Source of the DNA: a virus
Length of the DNA stretch: 64,000 bases
Virus record (IMG/VR): IMGVR_UViG_3300030450_002944
Coordinates: 1 to 64,000 of that record
Reading direction: 5' to 3' (one strand)
Shown: positions 10,608 through 20,915 of the stretch, piece by piece
Position numbering within the stretch: the stretch's first letter is position 1
How the letters are laid out: every line of letters starts with the position of its first letter
Position numbers and translations under genes: made by a program
Notes under the pieces: model-generated
Seen by the model: only the letters and a program-made list of their open reading frames with translations
Told to the model about the DNA's origin: nothing
Databases searched by the model: none

Positions 10608-10859
10608 ATGAGTTACGAACATAATGAACTAAAAGAAAAAGATAAGTATGGGGATACTAAGGAATATGAATTTATATTTTCAGTTCCATGCTACATGAAT
10701 TATACCATAGTAGCAGAGAGTGAAGAACAGGCTAGAGAAATACTTGAAAATGATGGTATTGAAATTGATGGCGAATGGATAGATTGTCCTGATGGGGATT
10801 TATCTATAGAAGCCGAAGATTATGGAGATGCAGATCTAATAGAACAGTTGGAGATATAA
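10608..10859 (+). CDS. small acidic early protein
   Basis: SD AGGAG; first gene after the promoter. Confidence 0.65.
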   Translation: MSYEHNELKEKDKYGDTKEYEFIFSVPCYMNYTIVAESEEQAREILENDGIEIDGEWIDCPDGDLSIEAEDYGDADLIEQLEI

Positions 10860-11074
10860 TGAGTAAAATAACACGAAAACAAAAGTACGAAACAATACTT
10901 GAATGGTGGTTAGATGGTTGGCTAGACTCACATCACGATATCAGTATACTTACTGATGAATTGATAAGGTTGCATACAACAGAGGAGATACGATTGTACG
11001 AATATAGTGATGATCAATTAAATGATGAATACGAAGAAGTAATGAAGCAACAGAAAGATTTGGGGTACGAATAA
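10859..11074 (+). CDS. small acidic helical protein, paralog family A
   Basis: ETILEWWLDGW...TDEL...YSDDQLNDEYE, similar to 11374..11583. Confidence 0.65.
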   Translation: MSKITRKQKYETILEWWLDGWLDSHHDISILTDELIRLHTTEEIRLYEYSDDQLNDEYEEVMKQQKDLGYE

Positions 11075-11186
11075 TTGGATCTAAGTAAATACGAACCGAA
11101 GATAGAACTAGCAGATCAGTATGAGAAGATTGAGGAATGGTTCTGTGATGAATGTAATGCTGACCAAGTATATGTTGGAGATGTAA

Positions 11187-11384
11187 ATGGACTTTAGCGA
11201 AGATAGAGAAACTTGGGTAGAGGAACTTATAGATAATTATAAAGGTTCTTGGGCATATTCAACTAAGGATCAACTCATAGATGAATTATCTATGGTTTAT
11301 TTAGAGGGGTTGACAGGGCTTAGACATATGAGTTATAATGAATTAGAAAGCGAATTAGCAAACTATAAGGAGAATGATGAGTAA
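11187..11384 (+). CDS. small acidic helical protein, paralog family A
   Basis: EELIDNY...LIDEL...GLRHMSYNELESE. Confidence 0.6.
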   Translation: MDFSEDRETWVEELIDNYKGSWAYSTKDQLIDELSMVYLEGLTGLRHMSYNELESELANYKENDE

Positions 11385-11583
11385 ACTTGATAGAGATGAC
11401 ATGATTGAAACTATATTAGATTATTGGCAAGAGGGTTGGTATGATGGCGACCAAAGTGATGTGATTGATGAGTTAAGAGGATTGCACAATGGTAGCGAGA
11501 AATCACTTGACAAATGGTCAGATAGTGATATAAAAAATGAATATGAAATAGCAGTTAAATTCTTAGAGGAATTAGAGGATTAA
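11374..11583 (+). CDS. small acidic helical protein, paralog family A
   Basis: ETILDYWQEGW...IDEL...WSDSDIKNEYE. Confidence 0.65.
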   Translation: MMSKLDRDDMIETILDYWQEGWYDGDQSDVIDELRGLHNGSEKSLDKWSDSDIKNEYEIAVKFLEELED

Positions 11584-11584
11584 T

Positions 11585-11968
11585 ATGGAAGAAGATATAA
11601 AACAATATAAGATTGACCTAGCGAATAAAATAGAGGATATCCTAAGCAGTCTTGATGAGCATAAGTTTAATGACGATAGAGTATATCCTATACTTATTAC
11701 TACTCTATTAGAGGATAGTTATGGAGAAGTCTTTTGTAGTGGCACATCTACTGATGATGCGTGGTTTACATTCTTAGATAATGTTGAAAGAGAAGAAAAT
11801 TTTATAAAGGACATGGGAATAGATAATTATCATGCGTTGTTAGACATTAAACCTTATGAATATGACCACGAACTACAGGGTAAATTAATAGACCTATATT
11901 GTTTCATGTTTAACTTAGAATGGGATTTCATTTATTCTGCATGGGATTTAAAGGAGCAAGAAGAATGA
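11585..11968 (+). CDS. acidic early hypothetical protein
   Basis: ORF with SD. Confidence 0.6.
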   Translation: MEEDIKQYKIDLANKIEDILSSLDEHKFNDDRVYPILITTLLEDSYGEVFCSGTSTDDAWFTFLDNVEREENFIKDMGIDNYHALLDIKPYEYDHELQGKLIDLYCFMFNLEWDFIYSAWDLKEQEE

Positions 11969-12100
11969 GTAGCACATTAGAAAAATTTATTGAGAGTGAA
12001 ATTCCTGAAGATGTAATATGGAGAAACAAGATGATTGAACTTGTTATCAAAGCATATGAATTAGGGCAAGTTACCAAAGCATATCAATTATTAGGAGAAG

Positions 12101-12454
12101 ATGATGAATAATTTAGAAGATGAATTGGAAAATTTTATGGAGAGTAATCAGTATAGGGAACAACCTAAAGTAGTAGAAGAAGAAGTAAGAGATTGTGAGT
12201 TCAGGGTTTATGGTATATCTAATACAATAGGTTTAGAGAAAGATGTAGTTAATATGTCTGATGATGAGTGGGTAGAAGAAGCAGAGCAGTTTGGATACAT
12301 TTCAACACTAGATACTTTTATGCACAATGTTAATAAAGGCATAATAGCCAAAGACCATTCTAACCTACAATTTAGAGTAGTACCTGTTGGGTATTATGAT
12401 AAACAAGTTGATGTAGTACCTAAAAGTAAACTACACTACATAATAAGGGATTGA
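12101..12454 (+). CDS. early hypothetical protein
   Basis: MSDDEWVEEAEQFGYISTLDTF motif; coupled ORF. Confidence 0.6.
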   Translation: MMNNLEDELENFMESNQYREQPKVVEEEVRDCEFRVYGISNTIGLEKDVVNMSDDEWVEEAEQFGYISTLDTFMHNVNKGIIAKDHSNLQFRVVPVGYYDKQVDVVPKSKLHYIIRD

Positions 12455-12497
12455 CACGCATATCTTTAATATGTTATAATTTAATTAAAGGAGAATA

Positions 12498-12761
12498 ATG
12501 ACAAAACGAGAAAAAGAATTACATAAAGATTTTGCAGAGATTTTAACTAAACTACATGAAGTAACAGGAGTAGTAGGAGAATTTTCTGATAGCACAATCA
12601 GAAGTTGGCTAGATGATTTATGGAACGATATAGAAGAAATGATGGCAAAGCATTTAGGATATACATTAGAAGATATGTCATATGAAGAATGGCAAGTAGA
12701 AAAAGATGATTTGAGAAAAGAAATTAAAGAATTACAAAAGCAAGTGAAGATAAAAGCATGA
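12498..12761 (+). CDS. early hypothetical protein
   Basis: Own promoter and AAGGAG SD. Confidence 0.65.
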   Translation: MTKREKELHKDFAEILTKLHEVTGVVGEFSDSTIRSWLDDLWNDIEEMMAKHLGYTLEDMSYEEWQVEKDDLRKEIKELQKQVKIKA

Positions 12762-12855
12762 AAAAAGATTTAGTATTAGTAACATTTATGTTGTTTGCAG
12801 TTATGTTACTATGGACAGTAACAGAAACAATCAAGAAAGTATTTGAGTTGACATT

Positions 12856-13149
12856 ATGAAAGTAAGAGAATTAGTAGGAGAATTGTGGAAACTTGATCCT
12901 GAAGCCGAAATAGGTTTCGCATTAACCTTACCACAAAGCGAGTGGGATAAAAATCGTAATAATCCAATTACAGACGATTTGGATATTACATTAGAAGATT
13001 GGATACACATAGATCGAAACTATACCGAACTCGAAGATGACTACTTTGCTTTGATGAGATTTAGAGTAGACGAAAGTCAAATTGATATGCTACCTACTTT
13101 TCAAGACGAGGGAAGAATGAATATAGATTATAGAAAATTAATGAATTAG
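12856..13149 (+). CDS. early hypothetical protein
   Basis: MKVRELVGELWKLDPEAEI N-terminus is common in small phage proteins. Confidence 0.6.
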   Translation: MKVRELVGELWKLDPEAEIGFALTLPQSEWDKNRNNPITDDLDITLEDWIHIDRNYTELEDDYFALMRFRVDESQIDMLPTFQDEGRMNIDYRKLMN

Positions 13150-13212
13150 GGTATTGACTTACCTCTTTCAAATATGTTATAATCGTAGTATAGTAAATAC
13201 AAAAGGAGTATT

Positions 13213-13542
13213 ATGCAAAACGAAAGTGTAGAAACACTAAACAATGAAATAGAAACTAGATTAATACAGATAGGTAGCGAACTAGCAGAATTTAGAGGAA
13301 TGAAAGCAGACTTAGAAAGGGCTATCAAGAAAATGAGTAGTCAAATAATTGAGATGTTAGATACTCTTGCTATTACTACTTATGAAGATGATGAGGTTAA
13401 GATATCTAAACAAGATGTAAGTAGGACTGTGATTGATAACAATGTAGCAAAGGTTGTTATCCCTAAGAAGTACCTAAGTCAAATTATGAAAACCACAGAG
13501 TTTTCTAAAGTCTTAGTGAAAGAGAAAGAGGTAGTAGTATAA
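13213..13542 (+). CDS. coiled-coil early protein (possibly Gam/Gp157-like)
   Basis: N-terminal coiled coil followed by a beta region; own promoter. Confidence 0.4.
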   Translation: MQNESVETLNNEIETRLIQIGSELAEFRGMKADLERAIKKMSSQIIEMLDTLAITTYEDDEVKISKQDVSRTVIDNNVAKVVIPKKYLSQIMKTTEFSKVLVKEKEVVV

Positions 13543-13819
13543 TGAGTGGAAGTGATGATTTATATGAAGTTACCATTACAACTTATACTGAAAAAGATTG
13601 GGAGTATGTCTTGGATAAAGTCCAAGAACTCGAAAGAAATGGTTACTTTGATGAACTAAGTATAAATGGAATGACAGTCTTTTCAGATATAGTCTATTAG
13701 TCTGACACCATATAGGTTATTAGAACGCCTGTAAGACGCTTTAAATGGCTTATATGCAGTCTTTTTAGAGGGTATTGACATTCCCTAACCAAATATGTTA
13801 CAATTAATTTAACAATAGA

Positions 13820-14068
13820 ATATAGAAAGTTGTTGGGAACATTTATGAAATCTCGATCAATGGATTAAATGTGAGTGGCAGAACTTTAGGTCGGTAACCT
13901 AGATTGCAGAGGACAAACGAACTGACGAACAAGTGTTTGAGGTCGTGATGAAGTCGTATGCGTTGAGTATAAATAAAGAAGGTGTACGAGAAAGTACAAA
14001 TACTACTCTTAGAGCATCAGAGGAACGAAAAATCCTATTTCCTCTCTCTTACCCAACTACTTCTATAT
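13820..14068 (+). ncRNA. candidate structured RNA 1 (about 250 nt)
   Basis: Follows promoter 13775; 13820-13837 pairs with 14052-14068; several internal hairpins. Confidence 0.6.
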
Positions 14069-14087
14069 CTTATAAAGGAAAAATTAT

Positions 14088-14301
14088 AGTGGAAAAAGAT
14101 CTACCAAAACACAAATATAGAATAGTGGTGGAAAAAACTTTAGAATACCACTTCGATATTCTAAGTGAAGATGTTAAAGATATTCAAAATAAACAACAAA
14201 TAATAAAAATGATTGAACTTGGTAAGTATGAATTACCTAAAACGCAAATAGAACACATTAGAGTAATATCTTGTGATGATAGTCAAGAATTGAGTATATA
14301 A
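14088..14301 (+). CDS. hypothetical protein (probable start at the GTG near 14089, not 13933)
   Basis: AAGGA SD lies just after the RNA 1 stem. Confidence 0.45.
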
Positions 14302-14303
14302 AT

Positions 14304-14642
14304 ATGAACAGAACTGAGTATAAATATTATGGTGTCCCAAACAAATCCGAGATATTAGAAAGTATTTTTGTAGCAAGTGATTGGATCGAAAAAGCCAAAG
14401 AATATAAAATGGTTTGGACTGAAAAATATTGGAATAAAATTAGACATACTATCAATCCTAACGAAACTAAAGTTACAAAGATAGAAGTGTGGAAAGATTT
14501 AGCGAAAAACAAAGAGGATATAATATACGCTATAACTGAAAGTCATAGGTATTGGTCTGATAATGGAGAATATATTTTTAGAATGGGTGGAATACCTAAA
14601 GAAGAATGGTATACATCTATAAAGCAAAATAAGGAGAAATAA
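14304..14642 (+). CDS. early hypothetical protein
   Basis: 112-aa ORF. Confidence 0.55.
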   Translation: MNRTEYKYYGVPNKSEILESIFVASDWIEKAKEYKMVWTEKYWNKIRHTINPNETKVTKIEVWKDLAKNKEDIIYAITESHRYWSDNGEYIFRMGGIPKEEWYTSIKQNKEK

Positions 14643-14806
14643 TGGATAGATATGAATTTGTAGACGAAATAGCACAAATACTAATAGATGAGAATAGTAT
14701 GGATTTGTTTGATATAGTGGTTCAGGGTTTGGACACTTGGTCAACTGCTGACTTACAAAACCTAGCAGAAGAATATTCATTAGTATTGTCTGTTGACAAT
14801 GCTTAA
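14642..14806 (+). CDS. small acidic protein, distant member of paralog family A (not in ORF track)
   Basis: MDRYEFVDEIAQILIDENSMDLFDIVVQGLDTWSTADLQNLAEEY; AAGGAG SD. Confidence 0.55.
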   Translation: MDRYEFVDEIAQILIDENSMDLFDIVVQGLDTWSTADLQNLAEEYSLVLSVDNA

Positions 14807-14850
14807 TTAAATATGTTACACTTTTAAGTAACAACGAATTTGGAGATCAA

Positions 14851-15936
14851 ATGGATAAAACACAATTTAAATTAGCAGAACGAAAACAGTTTAGAGGGGA
14901 TCTATCTAACATGATGAATGTAGTCAATGATTACATCAACATTGATAGACAAGATTTCTTGCAAAGTGCATATACTGAATTTTCTCCTGATGAAGATTGG
15001 CTCAAACACTATGCCAAAAAAGAGGGAGAATTTTGTGCAATAGGTTGGTTAGCAATAGCCAAAGACATTGATCTACCTAGCTTTACTCATAACCTAGAAC
15101 CAACAGGATATGTTTATAAAGGTAAACAGATGCAGAGTAAATATGGAACAGATGAGAATGGCGATATGATTAAAGTCGGCGAAAAAGAAGTAGTTCATGA
15201 AGTACATGAAAGAGCCTGTGAATGTGAATTACATACTCAACAAGATGATGAAGATAGAGAAACTTGGGTAGAAGATGACTACTTAGATTTTGGTGTAACT
15301 TATGCAGATACAGAGCATATACCTGTTCCCGAAGTAGATGATGATATTTCAAACAATACATATAAAGAATACTTTTTAAAATCTACTCTTGATTTAGAGA
15401 GTGTATCTAGCAGAGCATATGTAGATACTAAAAGATTTGTTAAAGACTTACTCTTGAATTATAGAGTACCAAATGCAATCTTAGAAGATATACAGTTGAT
15501 AAATGATAATCCCACTTTTACACGATTACATTCAATGTTGGGAGATTGTGGATCAGACTATGCTTATGATGAGTCATTTGCAGTATCCGAAGATATGTAT
15601 GGTAAAAGAAGTGGGCAATGTATTCACTTATTCACAGAAACTAATCCTGTTAGTTCCTGTATCAATGGATCATCTTATGGCTATCTAAAAGATAAAAAGA
15701 TAGGTAGTTGGAAGAAGAATGTTGTAGACTATTTAAAGAATACTCAAAGTTTTGCTTGGGCAGACGAAACAGAATTTGAGAAAATGATGGATTGTAATTA
15801 TCAAGCAAACGCAGTAAATTCTATTGATATGGTAAAAGCATATCTAAATCTATTATTAACGAATGATGATTATGCAGATTTCTATTTGCGTGGCGAAATG
15901 AGAACAGAACTAGATGATGAGATAAGTGGGACTTGA
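14851..15936 (+). CDS. large acidic early hypothetical protein
   Basis: 361-aa ORF with its own promoter. Confidence 0.7.
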   Translation: MDKTQFKLAERKQFRGDLSNMMNVVNDYINIDRQDFLQSAYTEFSPDEDWLKHYAKKEGEFCAIGWLAIAKDIDLPSFTHNLEPTGYVYKGKQMQSKYGTDENGDMIKVGEKEVVHEVHERACECELHTQQDDEDRETWVEDDYLDFGVTYADTEHIPVPEVDDDISNNTYKEYFLKSTLDLESVSSRAYVDTKRFVKDLLLNYRVPNAILEDIQLINDNPTFTRLHSMLGDCGSDYAYDESFAVSEDMYGKRSGQCIHLFTETNPVSSCINGSSYGYLKDKKIGSWKKNVVDYLKNTQSFAWADETEFEKMMDCNYQANAVNSIDMVKAYLNLLLTNDDYADFYLRGEMRTELDDEISGT

Positions 15937-15989
15937 CATAGGTATTTCATTTATGCTATTATCTAATTAACGAAACTAATTAAGGAGAA

Positions 15990-16610
15990 ATGATTATGCC
16001 AAATTGGTGTGAGAATACATTAGAGATATGGGGAGAAGAAGAACACATGAAAGAGTTTTATGACCTCTTTGGTGGGCAAGACAAGATACAAGAGAACTTT
16101 TGTTTTGATATGATTACCACTATGCCCAAAGAATTAGATGGGACACGCAGTCCACAGAAAATCGTACCTCAACATAAACTTGATTTATTTGAGAAATTTA
16201 AAAAAGAGATAGATCTTAATTCAACAGAGTTGGATTACCAAAGTAAAACAATAATGGATAAATCTGATAATAAAGAATTTTCTAAGTTTGAAAGTGTTAA
16301 TGAGATTGTAAAGGATTTCTTTTGGGATCACGATCAAGCAATTACTCTAGAAACATCTGATAGACTTAAATCAGAATATGGATCTGATAATTGGTATGAT
16401 TGGAGAAACAAGCATTGGGGAACTAAGTGGGACATCAATGGAGAGGTTGGAATAAATGACATTCATGATGAGGGTTGTACTTTAAACTTTAATACTGCTT
16501 GGAGTCCACCTCAACCAATCGTATTCAAGTTACAGGATATGTTCCCTGAACTAACTGTATATGGTGGATATATTGGAGAGGGCTATGAGTTCGCAGGAGT
16601 ATTTGAATAA
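15990..16610 (+). CDS. DUF1281/YubB (Api92-like) ferredoxin-fold protein
   Basis: MPNWCEN, WYDWRNKHWGTKWD and FNTAWSPP signature motifs. Confidence 0.8.
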   Translation: MIMPNWCENTLEIWGEEEHMKEFYDLFGGQDKIQENFCFDMITTMPKELDGTRSPQKIVPQHKLDLFEKFKKEIDLNSTELDYQSKTIMDKSDNKEFSKFESVNEIVKDFFWDHDQAITLETSDRLKSEYGSDNWYDWRNKHWGTKWDINGEVGINDIHDEGCTLNFNTAWSPPQPIVFKLQDMFPELTVYGGYIGEGYEFAGVFE

Positions 16611-16741
16611 GACAATGGAGAAGTGGGAAAAAAGAGATAAGAAACGAGATAGTAAAAAACGATTTAAAGATTATAAGAATAATATTAAGTCGATTACTAC
16701 GCTTTGGGATATTACTACAAAACCTAAAAGAAAGAAAGATT

Positions 16742-16990
16742 ATGAAAACGATAGCGAAGAATAGCCACACTTGTACAGAGTGTGGGAATAAAAAGAATAG
16801 CAGACATAATGCAAAACAAATATTCCATATAAAAACAAAGTGTGTTAGAAAGTCAAATTTTGTATTTGATAAAAGACATAAGATACAGGATAGATTTAAC
16901 TGTGTTTATATCTGTAAAGATTGTGGTGGCGAGAAATTATTTTTAGATATGACTAAGAAGAATATGCCAAAGTCAGAAGATGAAGAATAG
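16742..16990 (+). CDS. small zinc-ribbon protein
   Basis: CTEC...CKDC. Confidence 0.5.
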   Translation: MKTIAKNSHTCTECGNKKNSRHNAKQIFHIKTKCVRKSNFVFDKRHKIQDRFNCVYICKDCGGEKLFLDMTKKNMPKSEDEE

Positions 16991-17056
16991 GGTATTGACA
17001 TAGCCTATTCCAATATGATATAGTAAAGGTAACAACAGAAACGAAAGTATAGAACA

Positions 17057-17554
17057 ATGACTTTTAATAAAGCAAAAAACAAGTCAACAATTTGGCACAA
17101 CGAGGGACATCAATTAAGTGATTGGGCAAAGTCTGATTATAATTTAACTGTGACTCATAACAATTATGCAATTACAGATAATGGCAATCCTACAACTATT
17201 GAGGGTTTAGAAGAAGAATATAACCGAGTTGGTTGGCAGTCTTGTAATGAATGTTCTTATGATCCAAATGAACCATTTATTGAATGGAGATTGGTATCTG
17301 ATGACTATGATGAAGATGAACCTGATGATAGTGCATGGAACTTAGAAACTGTTGGTCATATCGGAATAATCTTTCCTATGCAAAGAACATTTCCAATCGA
17401 GGAATTTAGTTGTTTAAGTGGTGGTGGAAAAGTATGTTATTTATGCTTAGATACAATTACTTACAAATGGGCAGTTGATGAGGGTTGTCCACATATTCAA
17501 ATTAAAGAAAATGGTAAATGGGTAACTCAATACGATAGCAGTTTTTTTGGTTAG
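17057..17554 (+). CDS. early hypothetical protein with CxxC pairs
   Basis: CNEC...CYLC; own promoter. Confidence 0.6.
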   Translation: MTFNKAKNKSTIWHNEGHQLSDWAKSDYNLTVTHNNYAITDNGNPTTIEGLEEEYNRVGWQSCNECSYDPNEPFIEWRLVSDDYDEDEPDDSAWNLETVGHIGIIFPMQRTFPIEEFSCLSGGGKVCYLCLDTITYKWAVDEGCPHIQIKENGKWVTQYDSSFFG

Positions 17555-17619
17555 GGTATTGACTTAACTATATCAAATATGTTATATTGATTATAACAAC
17601 GAAAACTAAAGGAGAAAAT

Positions 17620-18054
17620 ATGGCTCTAACTTGGGACATAACAAAAGTAGATTTACCGAAAGAGGTAATATATGTAAAGAATGATGAGGGAGAAGAAAAC
17701 CTAAATCCAATTACTTGGTCAATTATTTGGTCAACAATCTTTCTTGGTATGAATGAACTTACCGAGAAGAACCTAAATGATTGGCACAGACGAATGAAAC
17801 AATTAGAAATGTGTGGAATGGGATTGCTTGGAGAAAAAGATAGTGATGTAAAACGTATGCCTAATCTAAGAGAACTCAAATTACACATTGGTTTAAAGAC
17901 AAATGGTTCTTTGATTAAAAAAGGTTCAGCATGGAATAGAGAATTAGTAAGACAAATTAATATGACTACTGATGAGATTGTTAAAAAAGAAAGAACAGAA
18001 TTAGCAGAAGTCGAACAAGTTGTAATAACTGATGATGAGGAAAATGATGAATAA
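17620..18054 (+). CDS. early hypothetical protein (start probably ATG 17620)
   Basis: AAGGAG SD before MALTWD. Confidence 0.65.
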   Translation: MALTWDITKVDLPKEVIYVKNDEGEENLNPITWSIIWSTIFLGMNELTEKNLNDWHRRMKQLEMCGMGLLGEKDSDVKRMPNLRELKLHIGLKTNGSLIKKGSAWNRELVRQINMTTDEIVKKERTELAEVEQVVITDDEENDE

Positions 18055-18265
18055 AGATTTATCAGAAATCAAAGTAGATGATGTAGAATTTACTAACTTA
18101 GATGATGAGATTTACGATAATTTATCGTGGTATTGTGATATGAATTTAGTAGATGAAACACCAAGATTAAAAAATAAGTTCTACGAAGTTAGAAACAAGA
18201 TGATTGATTTTATTGAAAGTGTAAGAGCAGAACAAGTAGAGGGCAAAGATGAAAGTAATTATTGA
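18032..18265 (+). CDS. small acidic early protein
   Basis: Coupled ORF. Confidence 0.55.
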   Translation: MMRKMMNKDLSEIKVDDVEFTNLDDEIYDNLSWYCDMNLVDETPRLKNKFYEVRNKMIDFIESVRAEQVEGKDESNY

Positions 18266-18599
18266 TTTAGAAGAGGATACTATCTACGCAGAAGATGATG
18301 AACAAGTAGAAGAAGAAATAATAATAGAAAATCCTACTGCTGAAAAGATTAAGAAATTAGTAGACTCTGGAATACCTGTTTATTGGTCTAATTGTAATTA
18401 TGAAATTATAAAAGACGAACATACTTACATGATTAAAGCAAAAACAAAAGAAGATGTTAGTCATCTTGAGGGTTATATCTTTACACTTATGGATAGTACA
18501 GGGTTCGACAGAGGTATTCGTTACTTAGACTTAACTGACAGAGCAGACAAATTATTAAATACACATGAGAAATATTTTTATATGAGAGGGCAAAGATGA
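18249..18599 (+). CDS. early hypothetical protein
   Basis: IKKLVDSGIPVYWSNCNYEIIKD motif recurs in phage early genes. Confidence 0.6.
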   Translation: MKVIIDLEEDTIYAEDDEQVEEEIIIENPTAEKIKKLVDSGIPVYWSNCNYEIIKDEHTYMIKAKTKEDVSHLEGYIFTLMDSTGFDRGIRYLDLTDRADKLLNTHEKYFYMRGQR

Positions 18600-18796
18600 A
18601 TAAAGAAAACGAAATGGATTTACATCAAGCGATTGAGATTATTGAAATGGAAGAAAATCCAACAGAAGATGAATATAGATGTGCTTGGCAATTTTTAGTA
18701 GATAAAGGACACGCTTGGAATTTACAAGGTTGGTATGGTAGAACTGCTATGAGTTTAATTGAAAGTGGATTTATACAGGGGAGAATAACAGGATAA
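18596..18796 (+). CDS. conserved small phage early protein
   Basis: AWQFLVDKGHAWNLQGWYGRTA is a widespread family motif of unknown function. Confidence 0.7.
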   Translation: MNKENEMDLHQAIEIIEMEENPTEDEYRCAWQFLVDKGHAWNLQGWYGRTAMSLIESGFIQGRITG

Positions 18797-19083
18797 TGAG
18801 TGAAGAAGAACTAACCATACAGAAACTACATTGGGATAATATTAAAAAAGGTTATCCACATATTGCAGATGATGATGACAATAATGGATATGTCTATGGC
18901 ATTGAATATAGTATAGGTTTGGGAGATACAGATCAACAATGGTTTAAGTCTGAAACAGAGCGAGATAGAATGGTAGAAGAAATGCTTATGGATATTTACC
19001 TAGAGATAGAAGAACCATATCAAGTCAATCCATTCGTAACAAATTTAATACAAGAACAAATGGATAAAGGATTATTAAGATGA
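18796..19083 (+). CDS. early hypothetical protein
   Basis: Coupled ORF. Confidence 0.55.
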   Translation: MSEEELTIQKLHWDNIKKGYPHIADDDDNNGYVYGIEYSIGLGDTDQQWFKSETERDRMVEEMLMDIYLEIEEPYQVNPFVTNLIQEQMDKGLLR

Positions 19084-19292
19084 TAGTAGATGTAAGAAGT
19101 GCTACAAGTGGATATATAGAAATTGGAGATTGGGTAGTTTATGTTGATGATAGTACAGGAGAAAGAATTATAAATTCTTGGGATAAGACTGACATAAGAC
19201 TTAACAATGAGGGGATAAAGTGTGGGGAAATAAAAGAACATACCTCAATGGGTACTAGATTAATAGACTACAAGAAAACAGGTCATGGATAA
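19080..19292 (+). CDS. early hypothetical protein
   Basis: Coupled ORF. Confidence 0.55.
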   Translation: MIVDVRSATSGYIEIGDWVVYVDDSTGERIINSWDKTDIRLNNEGIKCGEIKEHTSMGTRLIDYKKTGHG

Positions 19293-19524
19293 ACTATGTA
19301 GACAATTAAATAATGGTTTAACAATATTAGATGAAAACGAATTATCTGATAAGGATATAAACAACTGTGATAACTGTGGGGAATTAGACTATTATCCTAA
19401 TCTTATATGGGATAGTGATGAACTATGGTGGAGTAGTCAATATCTTTCAGATATGTCTGCTCAAAGTAAACTGAACGCTTTATGTGAAGAATGTTTTGTT
19501 CAATTAAAAGGTAGTAAAAAGTAG
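19285..19524 (+). CDS. small zinc-finger protein
   Basis: CDNC...LCEEC. Confidence 0.55.
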   Translation: MDKLCRQLNNGLTILDENELSDKDINNCDNCGELDYYPNLIWDSDELWWSSQYLSDMSAQSKLNALCEECFVQLKGSKK

Positions 19525-19584
19525 GGTATTGACTTATCTATTTTGATTATGCTATAATGATTATAGAAACTATAAAAGGAATAT

Positions 19585-20025
19585 ATGTTAAAAGATATAG
19601 AAATAAATACTAAAAGTTTAATCACTTTAATACAGGATATCTATGATACATTTGATGCTCTTGAAAAAGATAATGAGAAAGAAAACCTCAAATGGACAAT
19701 AGAGGGAAAATCAAAATCTCAACAAGCATTGATTATGACTTCTTTCTTTGAAGATATACAGAAGAAGAAAGGATTATCTGATCATTTAGTTAAGAGTTTA
19801 CAGAATGATAAATTCAAACTTACTAGAAAAATAGATAAATTGAAGAATGAAATCGCAGTATTGGAACAAGCCTACGATAATATTCAACATAAATATCTAA
19901 GCGTGGGGAGAGGAATAGATAGTACACATAGTGTATTAAAGAGATTAGCATTTGATAATAAACATCAAGTCTTTAAAGATGATATGTTAGTAAAGTTATG
20001 GAAGATTAAATCAGATTGGTATTGA
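19585..20025 (+). CDS. coiled-coil early protein
   Basis: Own promoter; heptad pattern. Confidence 0.6.
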   Translation: MLKDIEINTKSLITLIQDIYDTFDALEKDNEKENLKWTIEGKSKSQQALIMTSFFEDIQKKKGLSDHLVKSLQNDKFKLTRKIDKLKNEIAVLEQAYDNIQHKYLSVGRGIDSTHSVLKRLAFDNKHQVFKDDMLVKLWKIKSDWY

Positions 20026-20209
20026 AATGCGTGGGGAAAGAGAAATAGCCAAAGACTATGACTATAACATAGTATACTGTCAATGTAATAAACCTTTATA
20101 TATAGATGATATAGATGAAGAAAACAACTTGATAGCAATATGTGAAGATACAGATTGTGAGTATTGACTTACCTTTTATCAATATGCTATAATGATTATA
20201 GATAAAAAA

Positions 20210-20310
20210 GTAATTGATTAGAAACAATAAAGATACGAATGATTGAGTGTTGAGCAATGTATAGTTCATTACTAATCAACTCAACTGATCGCTAGTCGCT
20301 AATCAATTAC
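20210..20310 (+). ncRNA. candidate structured RNA 2 (about 100 nt, rod-like)
   Basis: Follows promoter 20164; perfect 12-bp GTAATTGATTAG/CTAATCAATTAC closing stem; inner TTGAGTGTTGA/TCAACTCAA stem. Confidence 0.6.
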
Positions 20311-20507
20311 ACTAATAAATAAGAGGTAAAAGACTATGAAAATGAGTAGAGGTTTAATGGAAATTAGTATAGATGAATTTCTTGCAGATAGAAAACCATG
20401 CGAATTACTATCAGAGTTTGGATTAGAACATAAACATACAACTGATTGTGATTTAATTGATGAAATAGTATATCAAGCGTATCTGTTAGGGGAGAGGAAT
20501 AGATAGT

Positions 20508-20801
20508 ATGAAAAAATATAGAGTAATATGCAATGAGGGAACAACATTTCTTTCAAGAACATGGAAGAATGGGGAAACAGAAGAAGAAATATATGAAATT
20601 TTTGAAGATTTCTATGAAACAGAGAATATGGGATTTGATGAAGAAATAGATGACTATATCCCAATGCCAAGAGAGTTAGATTATATTAGGGATCTATGGA
20701 ATGTAACCATAGAAGAAATAGAAGATCCTAATTACTCTGATGAAATAGGGGATTTATCTGAATGGGAATATAATAGTGGTAAAGTATCTTTATATAGATA
20801 G
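20508..20801 (+). CDS. very acidic small protein
   Basis: High E/D content. Confidence 0.6.
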   Translation: MKKYRVICNEGTTFLSRTWKNGETEEEIYEIFEDFYETENMGFDEEIDDYIPMPRELDYIRDLWNVTIEEIEDPNYSDEIGDLSEWEYNSGKVSLYR

Positions 20802-20915
20802 GGTATTGACTTACCTATATACGATATGCTATAATAGATATATAAGGTAAATAAAGATCGATATACAGAAATAGAGTAATAAATATATAGTAAATAAAAG
20901 GTAGGTATTGAATAT

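Noticed and set aside
13922-13960. Hammerhead ribozyme core CUGACGA
   Set aside because: No stem II followed by GAAA and no cleavage triplet in the right geometry.
13933-14087. N-terminal part of track ORF 13933..14301
   Set aside because: It overlaps the structured RNA and lacks an SD; a better SD and start lie just after the stem.
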